From Candidatus Latescibacterota bacterium (lineage in GTDB: Bacteria > Latescibacterota > UBA2968 > GCA-2709665), in the NCBI GenBank assembly GCA_965203805.1, contig OZ241917.1, positions 1,280,001 through 1,344,000 on the forward strand: a stretch of 64,000 nucleotides of DNA, written 5' to 3'. The notes below the pieces were generated by a model. It ran no database searches. It saw only the letters and a list, made by a program, of their open reading frames with translations, and was not told where the DNA came from. The position numbers were made by a program, and so were the translations under genes. Shown here one piece after another: positions 1 to 10,257 of the stretch (positions are counted from its first letter, which is position 1; the number at the start of each line of letters is the position of its first letter).

Positions 1-521
1 ACCGCGACAACCGCCGCGAGTACGTGGAGCCCGACGAACGCTCTGAAGAGCCCGTTCAGCGTCGGCCGCAGGTTCAGGCCCCACGTGGCGTACAGGACTC
101 CCGCGACAATGCCGGAATGCGAGATGAAATACTGGAAGAACCGGTACTGCGGAAAGTCAACCGACAGGTTACCCGGCGTGACAACCGCGTTCGCCGACCC
201 GACGAGGCCCCAGAAGTAGGCGATCTCGTACACTTTCTGATTGCGAAACAGCAGGGTGATCGACGTCAGAAAGATCGCGATTCCGCACAGATGGAGAGGC
301 AGGAAATATCGAAGGAATATATCGAGGCCATAGCCGGTGATCCGGAAGCCCCAGTGGATCAGTTCGTTGCCGAGGATGAGGACCGCCAGCACAAAGCCTA
401 CGGCGGAGGCCGTTCGTGGGCCGGCCCGTTTCGCGATCAGCGACAGCAGCACCGGCAGGGCCACCGTTAGCGCCATCGCGACCAGATGCGGCGGCCCGAA
501 CGTCTGAAATCCGCCGGTCAA
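1..521 (-). CDS. YwaF/TIGR02206-like integral membrane protein (partial, runs off window start)
   Basis: Not in ORF track; manual minus-strand translation MTGGFQTFGPPHLVAMALTVALPVLL...YFLPLHLCGIA has the FG..HL and LPLHLC motifs; TTG start overlaps the upstream stop. Confidence 0.75.
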   Translation of the reverse strand, partial: MTGGFQTFGPPHLVAMALTVALPVLLSLIAKRAGPRTASAVGFVLAVLILGNELIHWGFRITGYGLDIFLRYFLPLHLCGIAIFLTSITLLFRNQKVYEIAYFWGLVGSANAVVTPGNLSVDFPQYRFFQYFISHSGIVAGVLYATWGLNLRPTLNGLFRAFVGLHVLAAVVA

Positions 522-2479
522 CGCGCCCACCCCACGCCGGAAGCCAGGTCTCGTCCCACCCGCCATGTCTTTCCCGACACGTTGACAGTCATCTCCACGC
601 GATCGTTCCCGGCACCGGCCCCTGCGGGCAATTCGGCTGAAACGGCGGGCGGCTCCGTGCCGCGGTAGGGTACGATCACCGTGGCGAAAACCGCGGGCGC
701 CTGGTTGTCCAGCGCGAACCGGAACGCCTGCCGCGGCTTGCGGTAACCGTACTCCCACGCGAACCAGCCGGTCTCTTCGACGATTGACGCGGCGCACCCC
801 TCCGCCGCCTGCACCAGAACGTTGGCATCGTCAAATCCCGTGAACGCCCGGTTTCCCCCACCGTTGAACGTGACGTCTCCCGGCGCGAACTGGAAGTGAA
901 GGTCCAGCTGACCGGGCGCGTTGCCGATCGCCTCGTCGAGCAACACGAAGAAACGCCTGCTCACGAACCAGACCGTACGCCGGTGGATCAGGTTGGGATA
1001 CGATCCGTTCTCCACCGCCAGGACGTCTGAGTCGGACCCTTCGGAGACCCACATCAGGTGGCGCGCGTCGTCGGCGATATCCCCGCCGTCCAGAGTCAGG
1101 GTCTGATGCACCGAGGTCTGCCGGTGCCAGGCGCGCGCCTCCCCGTCACGTCCATAGGTATAGAAACCCGTGTCGGGCATCAACCAGCGGCCGTACGCGT
1201 ACAATTCGAACGTTCCGTTATCGGGCTGGTCGTGGCTCGAAATCGCGGGCGGAGAACAGTGCAGGGCCGCGTAGATCTGGTCGGGTCCCCAGGCGTTGCG
1301 CATCACGTAGAAGCCGGCCTCTTTGAACGCGTGGCTCTTCCGGTCCGGAAGGGCTTCGCGGTGCAGGTTCGCACGGGCCGCGTACTTGGGATCGTCCAGC
1401 AATTCGGTCGCGTTCACCAATTCGTCGTAGAGCGGCCACTCCGTCCGGACGTCCGTGGTTTTCAACGGACGCGAGCCATCCCCGAACATGGGCGGACCCA
1501 GGTCCGGCGTTGCGATCCAGAAGATGTAGTCGTACATCTTTCGGACACGCTCCAGGAACGCCTCCGGTATCTCGATGTCGAACGCGTCCAGGCGTCCGAA
1601 GATCTCCACGGCGTCCCTCAAAACGCCCTGGTGATAGCCGAAGGACCACTCTCTCTGCACCCCGTCCCCCGTTGTCTGCCCCAGGATGTTTTCTTCGACG
1701 CGCGCCAGCCCCAATTCCATCCACTCGCGAGACTCCCGGAACTCGTTGAACGTGTACGCGACATTGATGAATCCACGCTGTTCGAACACGGCCTTGTTGT
1801 GGATGAGGCCCATCGGAATCAGCTTTGTCTTCGTCTGATGGTCGTACAGGCTCGCGAGCAGCACGCCCAGAAACTCCGGCGTGAACGCCTCGGCCTGAAC
1901 CAGGCCGCGAAACGCCGCGCAGATATTCGTGGCCCGGATGCCCGTCTGCAGATCCAGCCACGCGAATCCTTTCCAGAATTTGTAGACGGGATGGGTTCTG
2001 GTGTGTTTTTCGAGCGGATGCTTCGATATCCAGTCGGTCGCCAGATCGACGAATGCCCGCCCGTACTTTTCGTCCCGCGTCGCCGCATAGGCGTTGGCAA
2101 GCGGGGCGGCCCAATAGAAACGATAGAGTACGCATACCCATTCGATATCCCCTGGCGGGTCCCACTCCCAGTCCATATCCTCGCCGTACTGCGCCTCTTC
2201 GTACGGCCCCCATTGGAAGATGCGGCGGCAGATCTTGTCAGCCGCTGTATGATCGCCTCCTCCGCGGGGTTCTTCCAGCGGGTATTTCCCCCGGTAATAG
2301 TCCAGCAGCGCGGTGAGTGCGCCCAACCGGTCGCCGGCATCGGCCGCGTGTTTCACCGCCTCCAGCCCCGCCCCTGTCAGGTCCAGTTTCTCAAGAATGT
2401 CTTGCGGGTCGAACGACGAAAGCGGCATCTCATGATCGATCTGATCCGCGCCCGCGGGGCGCTCCACAACGTAAGTCAT
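518..2479 (-). CDS. Heparinase II/III / alginate lyase family protein
   Basis: DGVQREWSFGYH, H.QPDNGTFELYAYGRWLMPDTG and HQTLTLDG motifs typical of Hepar_II_III proteins. Confidence 0.85.
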   Translation of the reverse strand: MTYVVERPAGADQIDHEMPLSSFDPQDILEKLDLTGAGLEAVKHAADAGDRLGALTALLDYYRGKYPLEEPRGGGDHTAADKICRRIFQWGPYEEAQYGEDMDWEWDPPGDIEWVCVLYRFYWAAPLANAYAATRDEKYGRAFVDLATDWISKHPLEKHTRTHPVYKFWKGFAWLDLQTGIRATNICAAFRGLVQAEAFTPEFLGVLLASLYDHQTKTKLIPMGLIHNKAVFEQRGFINVAYTFNEFRESREWMELGLARVEENILGQTTGDGVQREWSFGYHQGVLRDAVEIFGRLDAFDIEIPEAFLERVRKMYDYIFWIATPDLGPPMFGDGSRPLKTTDVRTEWPLYDELVNATELLDDPKYAARANLHREALPDRKSHAFKEAGFYVMRNAWGPDQIYAALHCSPPAISSHDQPDNGTFELYAYGRWLMPDTGFYTYGRDGEARAWHRQTSVHQTLTLDGGDIADDARHLMWVSEGSDSDVLAVENGSYPNLIHRRTVWFVSRRFFVLLDEAIGNAPGQLDLHFQFAPGDVTFNGGGNRAFTGFDDANVLVQAAEGCAASIVEETGWFAWEYGYRKPRQAFRFALDNQAPAVFATVIVPYRGTEPPAVSAELPAGAGAGNDRVEMTVNVSGKTWRVGRDLASGVGWAR

Positions 2480-2776
2480 CCGGCTTCCCTCTTTGACGGT
2501 TAACGAGCAATCGCTCTCGGTGTACGCACTCGACTGCGGCCTGCACTACCCACGTAACTTACGCTCCGGCCGTCGCATTTGCAATACAATTGTCGGGCAT
2601 TTGGGGGGAAGGGAAGACAATGGACAAACAGATTCGACAGGACGACAAACGAGAGGCCGGATCTGCCGGTTGGAGATGTTGACGGGAAACTGTTCGCCAG
2701 ATGCTGGAACGTCGAAAGGTAAATTTGAAAGTATCACTTGCAACTTTTACATCTTCGCAGTACATTCGCTGATGCT

Positions 2777-3958
2777 ATGGTTACTCGAGAGATTGCAGAC
2801 AGGCTGGTGGCATTATTCAAACAATACCCCTTTGTCACCGTGACCGGCCCGCGGCAGTCGGGCAAGACTACGCTCTGCCGCGCTGCGTTTCCCCATCTCG
2901 AATACGTCAACCTGGAAGCGCCGGATCAACGTCTCTTCGCCGAGTCGGATCCACGGGGTTTTCTTTCCCACGTCGGCGATGGGGTTATTCTGGATGAGAT
3001 CCAGCGCGTTCCGCAACTCCTTTCCTACCTCCAGGTCCTGGCAGACGAAACAGGCCGTAACAGTCTGTTCGTTTTGACCGGCAGCGAGCAGTTCAGGATA
3101 TCCGATACGATCAGTCAATCCCTGGCGGGTCGTACGGCGCTGCTTTGCCTCCTGCCATTCTCGCTGGACGAACGGAGACGCGCGGGCGCCAGCGGCGAGG
3201 TCGACGACATCCTGTTCTCCGGATGTTACCCCCGGATTCACGATCAAAAACTCGAACCCAGACAGGCGCTCGGCGACTATTTCGAAACCTATGTCGAGCG
3301 AGACGTGCGCCGCATGGGAGAGGTCCGCAATCTCTCCGGCTTTCGTCGATTCGCGCGGCTGTGCGCCGGGCGTGTGGGCCAGCTTCTCAATTTCTCGTCA
3401 CTTGGCGCCGACGCGGGCGTTTCGCATACTACGGCGCGCGAGTGGCTTTCGATTCTGGAAGCCAGCTACGTTGTCTTTCAGCTCCCGCCATTCTACGCCA
3501 ACATACGCAAACGCCTGACGAAGTCACCCAAGCTCTATTTCTACGACGTCGGTCTGGCGAGCTATCTGATCGGTATCGAACATGCGGATCAGATTGCAAC
3601 CCACCCTCTGCGCGGCGCGCTGTTCGAAAACGCCGTCGTCTCAGAGGCAATAAAGTATCTGTTCAACCGGGGCCGCCGTTCCAATCTCTCATTTTTCCGC
3701 GATACCCGGGGTCTGGAGTGCGACCTTCTCTACGAGCGGGGCAGTCGAATCGGCGCAATTGAGATCAAATCCGGCGCGACCGTGGCATCCGATTACTTCG
3801 ACGCGCTGAATCGGGTCGCAAGACTCCTGCCGCAGGTCTCCGACAGAGGATTGGTCTACGGAGGCGCGATGCGGCAGTCCCGTAGCGACGTTGAAGTGGT
3901 GACGCTCGCCGACGTCGGCGACCTGCTCGAGCGGTTTGACAATCGAAACGAGGGATGA
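2777..3958 (+). CDS. AAA_14 / DUF4143 ATP-binding protein
   Basis: Walker A GPRQSGKTT, LDEIQ Walker B, KSPKLYFYDVGL, GALFEN, ECD...AIEIK; likely start MVTRE. Confidence 0.92.
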   Translation: MVTREIADRLVALFKQYPFVTVTGPRQSGKTTLCRAAFPHLEYVNLEAPDQRLFAESDPRGFLSHVGDGVILDEIQRVPQLLSYLQVLADETGRNSLFVLTGSEQFRISDTISQSLAGRTALLCLLPFSLDERRRAGASGEVDDILFSGCYPRIHDQKLEPRQALGDYFETYVERDVRRMGEVRNLSGFRRFARLCAGRVGQLLNFSSLGADAGVSHTTAREWLSILEASYVVFQLPPFYANIRKRLTKSPKLYFYDVGLASYLIGIEHADQIATHPLRGALFENAVVSEAIKYLFNRGRRSNLSFFRDTRGLECDLLYERGSRIGAIEIKSGATVASDYFDALNRVARLLPQVSDRGLVYGGAMRQSRSDVEVVTLADVGDLLERFDNRNEG

Positions 3959-4059
3959 ACGATCCCGTCTCGATCCGAGCGGGATCAGCAATCCCGGGAC
4001 TGTGGTGCGAAGGCGATGTCATACCCTTCTAAATGACTGGAAAACAGGGATATATACTT

Positions 4060-5049
4060 ATGGATATAATTCGTCTCGGTCTCGTCGGTTCGGGCGGCAT
4101 GGCGCACAGCCGGGCGCGGACTTTCACGGAAATGCAGGGATGCCGGTTGACGGTCCTGGCCGCCCGGAACCCGCAAACCGGCGCGGAACTGGCCGACCGG
4201 CATTCATTGCCGCACCTGGGAAACTGGGAGGACCTGATCGGCCGATCCGACGTGGACGCCGTGGTGGTCTGTACCAATAACGACAGCCACGGTCCCATCG
4301 CAAGGGCCGCCCTGGAGGCTGGCAAACCCGTCTTTCTGGAATATCCCGTTGCGCGCCGCGTCGACGAGGGAGAAGCCCTGGTCGCACTCGCCCGTGAGAC
4401 GGGCACGGTCCTTCGCGTGGCCCATCCGGAGGCCGTATCCGGCGCTCACCGGCAACTCAAAGAGACCGTCGGTTCGCTGGGCGGTCTGCTGGCGGCGGTA
4501 TTCACGCGCCTGACCCCGGGGAGAGGGGCGCGGCCGGAGGTGCTGTTCAATCTGACCGCGTCGGGACCGCCGAGTCTCTTCTTCGTCTATCAGGTCTACC
4601 CGCTCGTCGACATGTTCGGCCCCGCGTCGTGGGTGGAAGGGTACGCCCATTACGAGGGAATGGACGACACCGGAACGTACAGACGCTTCGTCAACCGGGT
4701 CGTCGCGGGGTTTGCCGGCGGCGGCACAGCCGAATGGACGTGGGCCGGCGGGATCTCAATCGGGAAGGCCGAACAGTACCAACGGATCGTGCTGGAGAAC
4801 GGGACGCTGCGCCATGAGGGCGGGGGCTGGCGGCTTTCCACCGCTGACGGCAAAGAGGAACAACTGTCGTCGCCAGGACGGGAGACGTCGCTGGAGAGCC
4901 TGTTTCTGGAAGAAGCGCGCGGCAGTCGGAATGGATGGCGAGCAGACCTGGACACGGCCCTCGGCGCCATTCGCATCGGGCTGGGCGCGGAGGAGGCCGC
5001 GAACCGGGGCGGACGCGTGCATCTCGGGGATGGCGGAACCGGCGGGTGA
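4060..5049 (+). CDS. Gfo/Idh/MocA family oxidoreductase
   Basis: GLVGSGGMA Rossmann motif, H...ARAALEAGKPVFLEYP. Confidence 0.88.
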   Translation: MDIIRLGLVGSGGMAHSRARTFTEMQGCRLTVLAARNPQTGAELADRHSLPHLGNWEDLIGRSDVDAVVVCTNNDSHGPIARAALEAGKPVFLEYPVARRVDEGEALVALARETGTVLRVAHPEAVSGAHRQLKETVGSLGGLLAAVFTRLTPGRGARPEVLFNLTASGPPSLFFVYQVYPLVDMFGPASWVEGYAHYEGMDDTGTYRRFVNRVVAGFAGGGTAEWTWAGGISIGKAEQYQRIVLENGTLRHEGGGWRLSTADGKEEQLSSPGRETSLESLFLEEARGSRNGWRADLDTALGAIRIGLGAEEAANRGGRVHLGDGGTGG

Positions 5050-5053
5050 AGAT

Positions 5054-5830
5054 TTACTGTCTTGTCGTACCGGTCGCCTGGTCTTCGCGCGGGCCGAAGG
5101 CAGCCATGTAGAGGCGTGTGCGCTCGTTGAGCACGCCGTAAAACGCCCGCGTTTCGGGGTCGGGATCATCCCGCCATAACGCCGCGGGAATTCCCGAATC
5201 GTTCGCCAGCGCTGGCCTGTTGCGATGGCCGTAGTAAATCTGCGCGGTCTTCTGGACGGCCTGAGTGGGGCGCGTCGTAGCCGTGTGCAGCAGGGCGACG
5301 TTGAACAGCGCGCACGTACCGGCCGGACCATGGAGGTCGTACACCCCGCCCCGTTCCAGCTGTGACGCCGGATCGACCAGGACCGCATGATCGATGGATT
5401 CGGGCGAGATAGAAAAACAGTGCGTGCCCTCGTCCACGTCCGTGAGGTAAACCATCAGCTGAATATAGTCCATGCGCAGGGGATGTTCGGGCCAGTGGGG
5501 CCTGTCGCGATGCCAGGCCTGGTGGATATCGCCCGCATACGGACCCATCCCTCGCAGACCGATCTCGCCGAAGCAGACGGGACCGCCCATCAATTCCTCG
5601 ATGACGGGCAGAATTCTCGGGTGGCGGACCAGCTCATCGAATCGAGGCGTGGTGATCAGGGCGTTGTAGTTGGCGTCCTGGTGGTACCCGTAAGGATGCC
5701 AGAAATACGGATACCGGCGGCGGTCTTCCTCGAACAGATCGTGGAAGATACGCACCTCGTCGGGATCCAGGAATACGCCGAGGTTCAGGAAGCCGTTCCG
5801 GGCGAACGAGTCGCGGTCGATCGAATTCAT
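5054..5830 (-). CDS. Phytanoyl-CoA dioxygenase (PhyH) family protein
   Basis: F.RNGFL N-terminus, WHRD and LLH facial-triad motifs, MVYLTDV. Confidence 0.85.
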   Translation of the reverse strand: MNSIDRDSFARNGFLNLGVFLDPDEVRIFHDLFEEDRRRYPYFWHPYGYHQDANYNALITTPRFDELVRHPRILPVIEELMGGPVCFGEIGLRGMGPYAGDIHQAWHRDRPHWPEHPLRMDYIQLMVYLTDVDEGTHCFSISPESIDHAVLVDPASQLERGGVYDLHGPAGTCALFNVALLHTATTRPTQAVQKTAQIYYGHRNRPALANDSGIPAALWRDDPDPETRAFYGVLNERTRLYMAAFGPREDQATGTTRQ

Positions 5831-6025
5831 TGGGTTTCGTCCTGGCGATGAATGACCGGCATCGAGAAAGCGGTCGGTTGCGTACGGAGTGACGAGCGAC
5901 GCAAAGTGCGAAGAGATTGCCCGATGGGAATATATCCGGCCGGCGTCCCGAAGCCAAGCACCTTCAATGGCTGCCCGAAACCGGACCGGACACGGGATGA
6001 GACGTACTTACACCACGGAGGCCTG

Positions 6026-8761
6026 ATGAAATCGGACGGATACGCAAGCCGCATTGCGCGGTGGATTGTTGCGGCGGCAGGGGTCTTGGCCGTGTTCCTC
6101 GCGGTCACCCCGGCTTCTTCGCAAAGCGCGGCCGGCGACACCTTTTCCTTCGCCCTGATCGGAGACGTGCCCTACGCCGACGCCGACAGTATCCGGTTCG
6201 CAAGGGTGATCGACGAGATCAACGCGGATGAAGACATTCAATGGGTCATCCACGCCGGCGACATCAAAAGCGGCGGGCAACCCTGTACGGACGCGTATCT
6301 TGAAGAACGCCTCAAAAGATTCAGCCGCTTCGAGGACCCGTTCATCCTCACGCCCGGTGATAACGAATGGACGGACTGCCATAAGAAGAATGCCGGCCGC
6401 TTCGACCCGCTGGAACGCCTCCGGAAACTGCGGTCGCTGTTCTATCCCCGGGCCGGGATGACGCTCGGGAAGCGTCCGATGCGAGTTGACTCACAGGCGT
6501 CGTTTACGGAATACAGCGAGTTCATCGAGAACGTCCGCTGGGAACGGGCCGGGGTTCACTTCGCGACCGTTCACATCGTGGGGAGCAGGAACGGGCTGGC
6601 TGCGTTTCAGCGCCGGGACTCGACCGAGGTCGGATCGATCCCGATGAGGACGGAACGGCACGACACGGCGGTCGAGCGGCGCACCCGGGCAGGGATCGTA
6701 TGGCTTCGCAAAGCCTTCGCCGCGGCAGGTGAATCGGGCAAGGGTCTTTTTCTAACCCTTCATGCCACGATGGGACTGGAGCAGAAGCCGACGCCGGACC
6801 CGCCTCACTTTCAGGCGGTCCTCGACGTGTTGCGCGAGGAAACGGAGCGATTCGGCCGTCCCGTGGTGCTGGCGCACGGCGACTCGCACTATTTCCGGAT
6901 CGACAAACCGCTGAGACGCAAAGGAGGCGGCAGACGCCTTGCGAATTTCACGCGCGTGGAGACGTTCGGCGCCTCCGACGTACACTGGATCGAGGTGACA
7001 GTGGACCCCGCCAGCGAGAACGTGTTCCGATTCGAGCAGAGAATCGTGAACGAGGAACGGACGAACGGAGAACGGCATGACACGACGGAAAGGAGCGGGA
7101 TGAACATCGAAAAACGCGGCGACTCGAAACGTACGTCGCAGGAGATCATCGACGCCATGCACCGCCCCGCCTGGTGCGTAGAAACGGAGGCGGGGCGTCT
7201 GTATTGGGAACTCATCGGCGCCGCGATCCGGGACGACGCCGGCGCCCTGCGCAAACACTTGCGCGACGATCCGAACTGCGCCAGACTGCAGTTCTGGTAT
7301 ACCCCCCCAATCCACTTCGCGGTGCGGGAGGGCAATCTCGACGCCACGAGAGTGTTGTGGGAAGCCTATGCGCACGACGAGGTGTCCGATCTTATTGTCA
7401 TGGCCGACGACCGCGGCCACACGGCAGTGGCCGATTATCTCCGCAAGGCTGTCGGCGCCAGCGTGGCGTCGGATCTTCCGCTGCACGAGGCCGTGAAAGC
7501 CCGAGACCACGAGAAGATCCAACGCCTTCTCGAAGATTCGGACGGGATCGCATCACAACGGGACGCGGAAGGCAGGACCGCGCTACACGTTGCGGTCGCT
7601 GAGGGAGACGAGAAAGCGGTTCAGGTTCTTCTCGAGAGCAACATCGAGGTGGACGCGACCGACCATGCGGGTTTTCGCGCCGTCCACTATGCCCGTTGGC
7701 GCGACCTGATGTGGCACCGGTCAAGGGTGAACCCGGAACTGGCTGAACTGCTTCGAAAGGCAGGCTCTCGCGACACCCCCACGCTGGCTGCCGCGCGGGG
7801 CGACCTGGATGCCGTTCGCGCGTTCGTCGCGGCTGATCCCGCGGCCGTGAACGACGGCGACGGATTTCAGAAGCGCCCGCTCTCGGCCGCCGTGGAGCAC
7901 GGTCATCGCGAAATCGTCCGATTTCTGCTGGACAACGGCGCGGACCCCATCCTGCGTGAGGGTCGCATGTGTCCCTACGGGTCGTCCCTGATGACCGCCA
8001 CCGTGGAAGACGACCTGGAAGTCGCAACGTGGCTGCTGGAGGCGGGGGCCGATCCGAACGGACACGTCAACTCCTCGGGTTCCCCCGCGATCCGCGCTCG
8101 TACCGACGCCATGCGGGGTCTCCTGTACGGCTACGGAGGGCGCGCTTCCGGGGCGTGGGGGTACGTGCAGCGCGGTGACTTCGAAACCGTGGCGGCAATT
8201 CTGCGCTATACCGACGATCCGTTTTCCAATGAGGAGAGCGAGTATCTGACCACGCCCTACACCGCCGTCGTCAGCGGCTGCGGGCGCAAGGAGGACCGGG
8301 GAGAATCCACGGACGCCCACGAGGCGATGTTCAACATGTTTCTTCAGCGCAATCATCCGATGCCCCGTGTGCTCACGGCCTGCAAGACCTATCTCTACCA
8401 CGTGCCCCGCATGACGCGCAGGCTCCTCGAACACGGCCTGGACCCGGACCTGCCCGACTGGCAGCGGCGCACCCCGCTCCACGACCTCTGCCGGGGCAAC
8501 CGGGCCGTGGCCGACGCCGGGGCGATGGTGCGCATGTTCCTTGAGTACGGCGCGGACATCAACGCGATCGACGAGCATGACCGGTCCACCCCGCTGGGGA
8601 TCGCCGCCCGCGAGGGAAACACGGAGCTGGTTGGGCTGCTGCTGGACAGCGGCGCGGACCCCAACGCGGCGGGCGCCGAATGGGCAGCGCCCATGGCCTG
8701 GGCGGAACGCCGAGGTCACGAGACGATCGTGAAGATGCTCATGGACGGCGGTGCGCGGTAG
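6026..8761 (+). CDS. Secreted metallophosphoesterase domain fused to ankyrin-repeat protein
   Basis: Signal-peptide-like N-terminus; GDVPY, HAGDIK, PGDNEWTDC, HGDSH motifs; C-terminal ankyrin repeats (GRTALHVAV, RTPLHDL, STPLGIAA); GGAGG before ATG 6026 and AGGAG before an internal ATG at 7100. Confidence 0.75.
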   Translation: MKSDGYASRIARWIVAAAGVLAVFLAVTPASSQSAAGDTFSFALIGDVPYADADSIRFARVIDEINADEDIQWVIHAGDIKSGGQPCTDAYLEERLKRFSRFEDPFILTPGDNEWTDCHKKNAGRFDPLERLRKLRSLFYPRAGMTLGKRPMRVDSQASFTEYSEFIENVRWERAGVHFATVHIVGSRNGLAAFQRRDSTEVGSIPMRTERHDTAVERRTRAGIVWLRKAFAAAGESGKGLFLTLHATMGLEQKPTPDPPHFQAVLDVLREETERFGRPVVLAHGDSHYFRIDKPLRRKGGGRRLANFTRVETFGASDVHWIEVTVDPASENVFRFEQRIVNEERTNGERHDTTERSGMNIEKRGDSKRTSQEIIDAMHRPAWCVETEAGRLYWELIGAAIRDDAGALRKHLRDDPNCARLQFWYTPPIHFAVREGNLDATRVLWEAYAHDEVSDLIVMADDRGHTAVADYLRKAVGASVASDLPLHEAVKARDHEKIQRLLEDSDGIASQRDAEGRTALHVAVAEGDEKAVQVLLESNIEVDATDHAGFRAVHYARWRDLMWHRSRVNPELAELLRKAGSRDTPTLAAARGDLDAVRAFVAADPAAVNDGDGFQKRPLSAAVEHGHREIVRFLLDNGADPILREGRMCPYGSSLMTATVEDDLEVATWLLEAGADPNGHVNSSGSPAIRARTDAMRGLLYGYGGRASGAWGYVQRGDFETVAAILRYTDDPFSNEESEYLTTPYTAVVSGCGRKEDRGESTDAHEAMFNMFLQRNHPMPRVLTACKTYLYHVPRMTRRLLEHGLDPDLPDWQRRTPLHDLCRGNRAVADAGAMVRMFLEYGADINAIDEHDRSTPLGIAAREGNTELVGLLLDSGADPNAAGAEWAAPMAWAERRGHETIVKMLMDGGAR

Positions 8762-8809
8762 GCGGGCCGGAGTCAAACCGATCAACCGAAAACGGAGACG
8801 CGGTTGCAC

Positions 8810-9376
8810 ATGCCGGAAAAGACGGAAATACAGCCTCGATTCCTGGCGTTCCTGCGGGGCATCAACGTGGGCGGGAAGAACATCGTACCCAAAGACGCGC
8901 TCCGCGAGTGCTTCGAGTCCCTGGGATTCCGTAGCGCCCGCACCTACATCCAGAGCGGCAATATCCTCTTCCGGTCCGCCGAAACCGACGTTACCGCACT
9001 GACGGACGAGATCGAAATTGCGCTTTCGGTCAGATTCTCGTACGATGCCCGCGCCGTCGTCCTGTCCCGCGAATCATTTCGAACCGCGGTCGACTCGGCC
9101 CCGGAGGATTGGGGGCGCGACGACGCCCGGATGCACCACGCGCTCTTCACGATGGCGGGAATCACCTCCGAACGGATTATCTCCGGGCTTCGGTCGCCGA
9201 AACCGGAATGGGAAACCGTTACCGCCGGTCCCGGGGTGATCTTCTGGTCGGTGTCCAGGGCGCACGCGACCCGGGCGACCTGGGTGAAGCTGCCGGCGTC
9301 GCCGGAATACAAGCAGATCACCGCCCGAAATCACAATACGGTATTCAGACTCAGGGAACTCTTCGAGGAGATATAG
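8810..9376 (+). CDS. DUF1697 domain protein
   Basis: AFLRGINVGG, RTYIQSGN, TARNHNT motifs. Confidence 0.9.
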   Translation: MPEKTEIQPRFLAFLRGINVGGKNIVPKDALRECFESLGFRSARTYIQSGNILFRSAETDVTALTDEIEIALSVRFSYDARAVVLSRESFRTAVDSAPEDWGRDDARMHHALFTMAGITSERIISGLRSPKPEWETVTAGPGVIFWSVSRAHATRATWVKLPASPEYKQITARNHNTVFRLRELFEEI

Positions 9377-9380
9377 CCGA

Positions 9381-9710
9381 ATGGCCGGTGACGGGAAACT
9401 CATCCCGCGGATACGATCGATTCTGTCTCAGGAGGAGGGATTCTCCGAGAGAAGGATGTTCGGGGGCGTCTGCTTCATGATCCACGGGAACATGTGCGCC
9501 GGGACGTGGAAGGGTTCGCTGATCGTCCGCCTCGACAGGGCCGATCACGATGAGACGCTTGCGGAGCCGCACACGAAGGCGTTCGACGTCGCGGGTCGGG
9601 TCATGAGAGGATGGGCGATGGTAGGGCCGCCCGCGATCGAATCGGATGAGGGTCTTGAGGAATGGGTGTACAGGGCGGCTGATTACGTCCGGTCGCTTCC
9701 GGCGAAATGA
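9381..9710 (+). CDS. TfoX/Sxy N-terminal domain protein
   Basis: ERRMFGGVCFMIHGNM...GRVMRGW...SLPAK. Confidence 0.88.
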   Translation: MAGDGKLIPRIRSILSQEEGFSERRMFGGVCFMIHGNMCAGTWKGSLIVRLDRADHDETLAEPHTKAFDVAGRVMRGWAMVGPPAIESDEGLEEWVYRAADYVRSLPAK

Positions 9711-9750
9711 AGAGGCCGGCATCAAACGGAAACGGCGGCGCTCTGCTCCC

Positions 9751-10068
9751 CTATTGCAACGGTGAGAAGGAGGTTGGGATGAGGACGTGGGAGAAGACCT
9801 CATCCACGATGGGCCCGTTGGCTTCGGTCCGTTCCCTGGCCGCGATCCATTCGGGGTCCGCGCGGAATGCATCCCACGCCGTCTCCATCGCCTCTTCGCT
9901 TTCGAATGCGCAGAGGTAGATGAGTTCGCTGGCATCCTTTCGAGTCCAGAAACCGACGACTTTGATTCCGTGCCGGTCAAAGATGCCAAACGTGGTATTA
10001 TTGAACCGGTCGAGGATGTCCGGCATCCGGCCTTCGGGGATGCGGTAGGTACGGTGTTCGTAGATCAT
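9751..10068 (-). CDS. NIPSNAP family protein
   Basis: MIYEHRTY...WDAFRADPEW...PTSFSPLQ. Confidence 0.9.
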   Translation of the reverse strand: MIYEHRTYRIPEGRMPDILDRFNNTTFGIFDRHGIKVVGFWTRKDASELIYLCAFESEEAMETAWDAFRADPEWIAARERTEANGPIVDEVFSHVLIPTSFSPLQ

Positions 10069-10257
10069 CGGGCTTCTCCCTGGTGTGCAGGATCGTGATA
10101 AGTGGAGCATTCGGTCGGGCTGCGCCGCGGCATGGTAACAAGAAACAAGGCGGATGGAAAGGGCGGGGTTACCCGGTCGTCGTACATCGGCGGAACGCGG
10201 AAGACCGTCGATTCAATGCCAGGCAGTCGAGTACATGCCTGAGAGGATTAAGGAAAC

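Noticed and set aside
24-470. Plus-strand 148-aa ORF
   Set aside because: Shadow of the minus-strand YwaF-like gene
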